Below are positions 63,741-64,000 of a stretch of 64,000 nt of DNA, one piece after another. The DNA is from Balanoglossus misakiensis. Its lineage: Eukaryota > Animalia > Hemichordata. How positions within the stretch are numbered: the stretch's first letter is position 1; each line of letters begins with the position of its first letter. The notes beneath the pieces were generated by a model that was given only the letters and a program-made list of their open reading frames with translations, ran no database searches and was not told where the DNA came from. Made by a program: the position numbers and the translations under genes. Location: contig CM082580.2 in the NCBI GenBank assembly GCA_040954595.2, positions 2,408,783 through 2,472,782 on the forward strand. Direction: 5' to 3'.

Positions 63741-64000
63741 AGTCGTGAATGGAAAGACAAGATGACAACATTTTAGAAGTCTATATTTTCTATATTAGCA
63801 TATAAAATTATAGGCGATTACCATTCTGTATGTGTCTCGTTTCTAATATAGTCATAAATCATTTAAACTACCAACGGTTAGTCATTAGCGAGTCTGTTGT
63901 TTTAAAACTTTGTCTCACACAGTCACGCACACATGCAAATACCCATTAAATTGACAATGTCAAACAAAATAAATGTTAACCATTTTCTCCGATTTGATTT

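Overview
Eukaryotic, intron-containing, AT-rich DNA, most likely from a marine invertebrate such as a hemichordate, echinoderm or lancelet (inference from repeat and protein types). The window is dominated by a ~43 kb stack (10762-53714) of about 28 non-autonomous Helentron/Helitron2-type (HINE/DINE-1-like) elements, all on the minus strand. It looks like a satellite but reads as a nested insertion series. New copies insert into the T-rich 5' region of earlier copies, so the displaced 5' hairpin 'heads' pile up in roughly last-in-first-out order, including a CRISPR-like stack of 8 at 53344-53714. The whole stack sits inside the right terminal inverted repeat of a ~2.4 kb Academ-like element (TAG...CTA ends, AAT target-site duplication at 8421-8423 and 53738-53740). 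The internal ~239 bp repeat carries a perfect AGGTCA DR1+DR4 nuclear-receptor-type motif about 100 times (manual estimate). The flanks hold three decayed LINEs (two L2/CR1-group, one RTEX-like), three spliced exons of a secreted protein gene (minus strand, 4952-6662), a partial SRCR domain, two tiny footprints with 7-bp duplications, and microsatellites. Nearly all listed ORFs between 10.7 and 53.7 kb are spurious translations of the repeat. All counts are manual.
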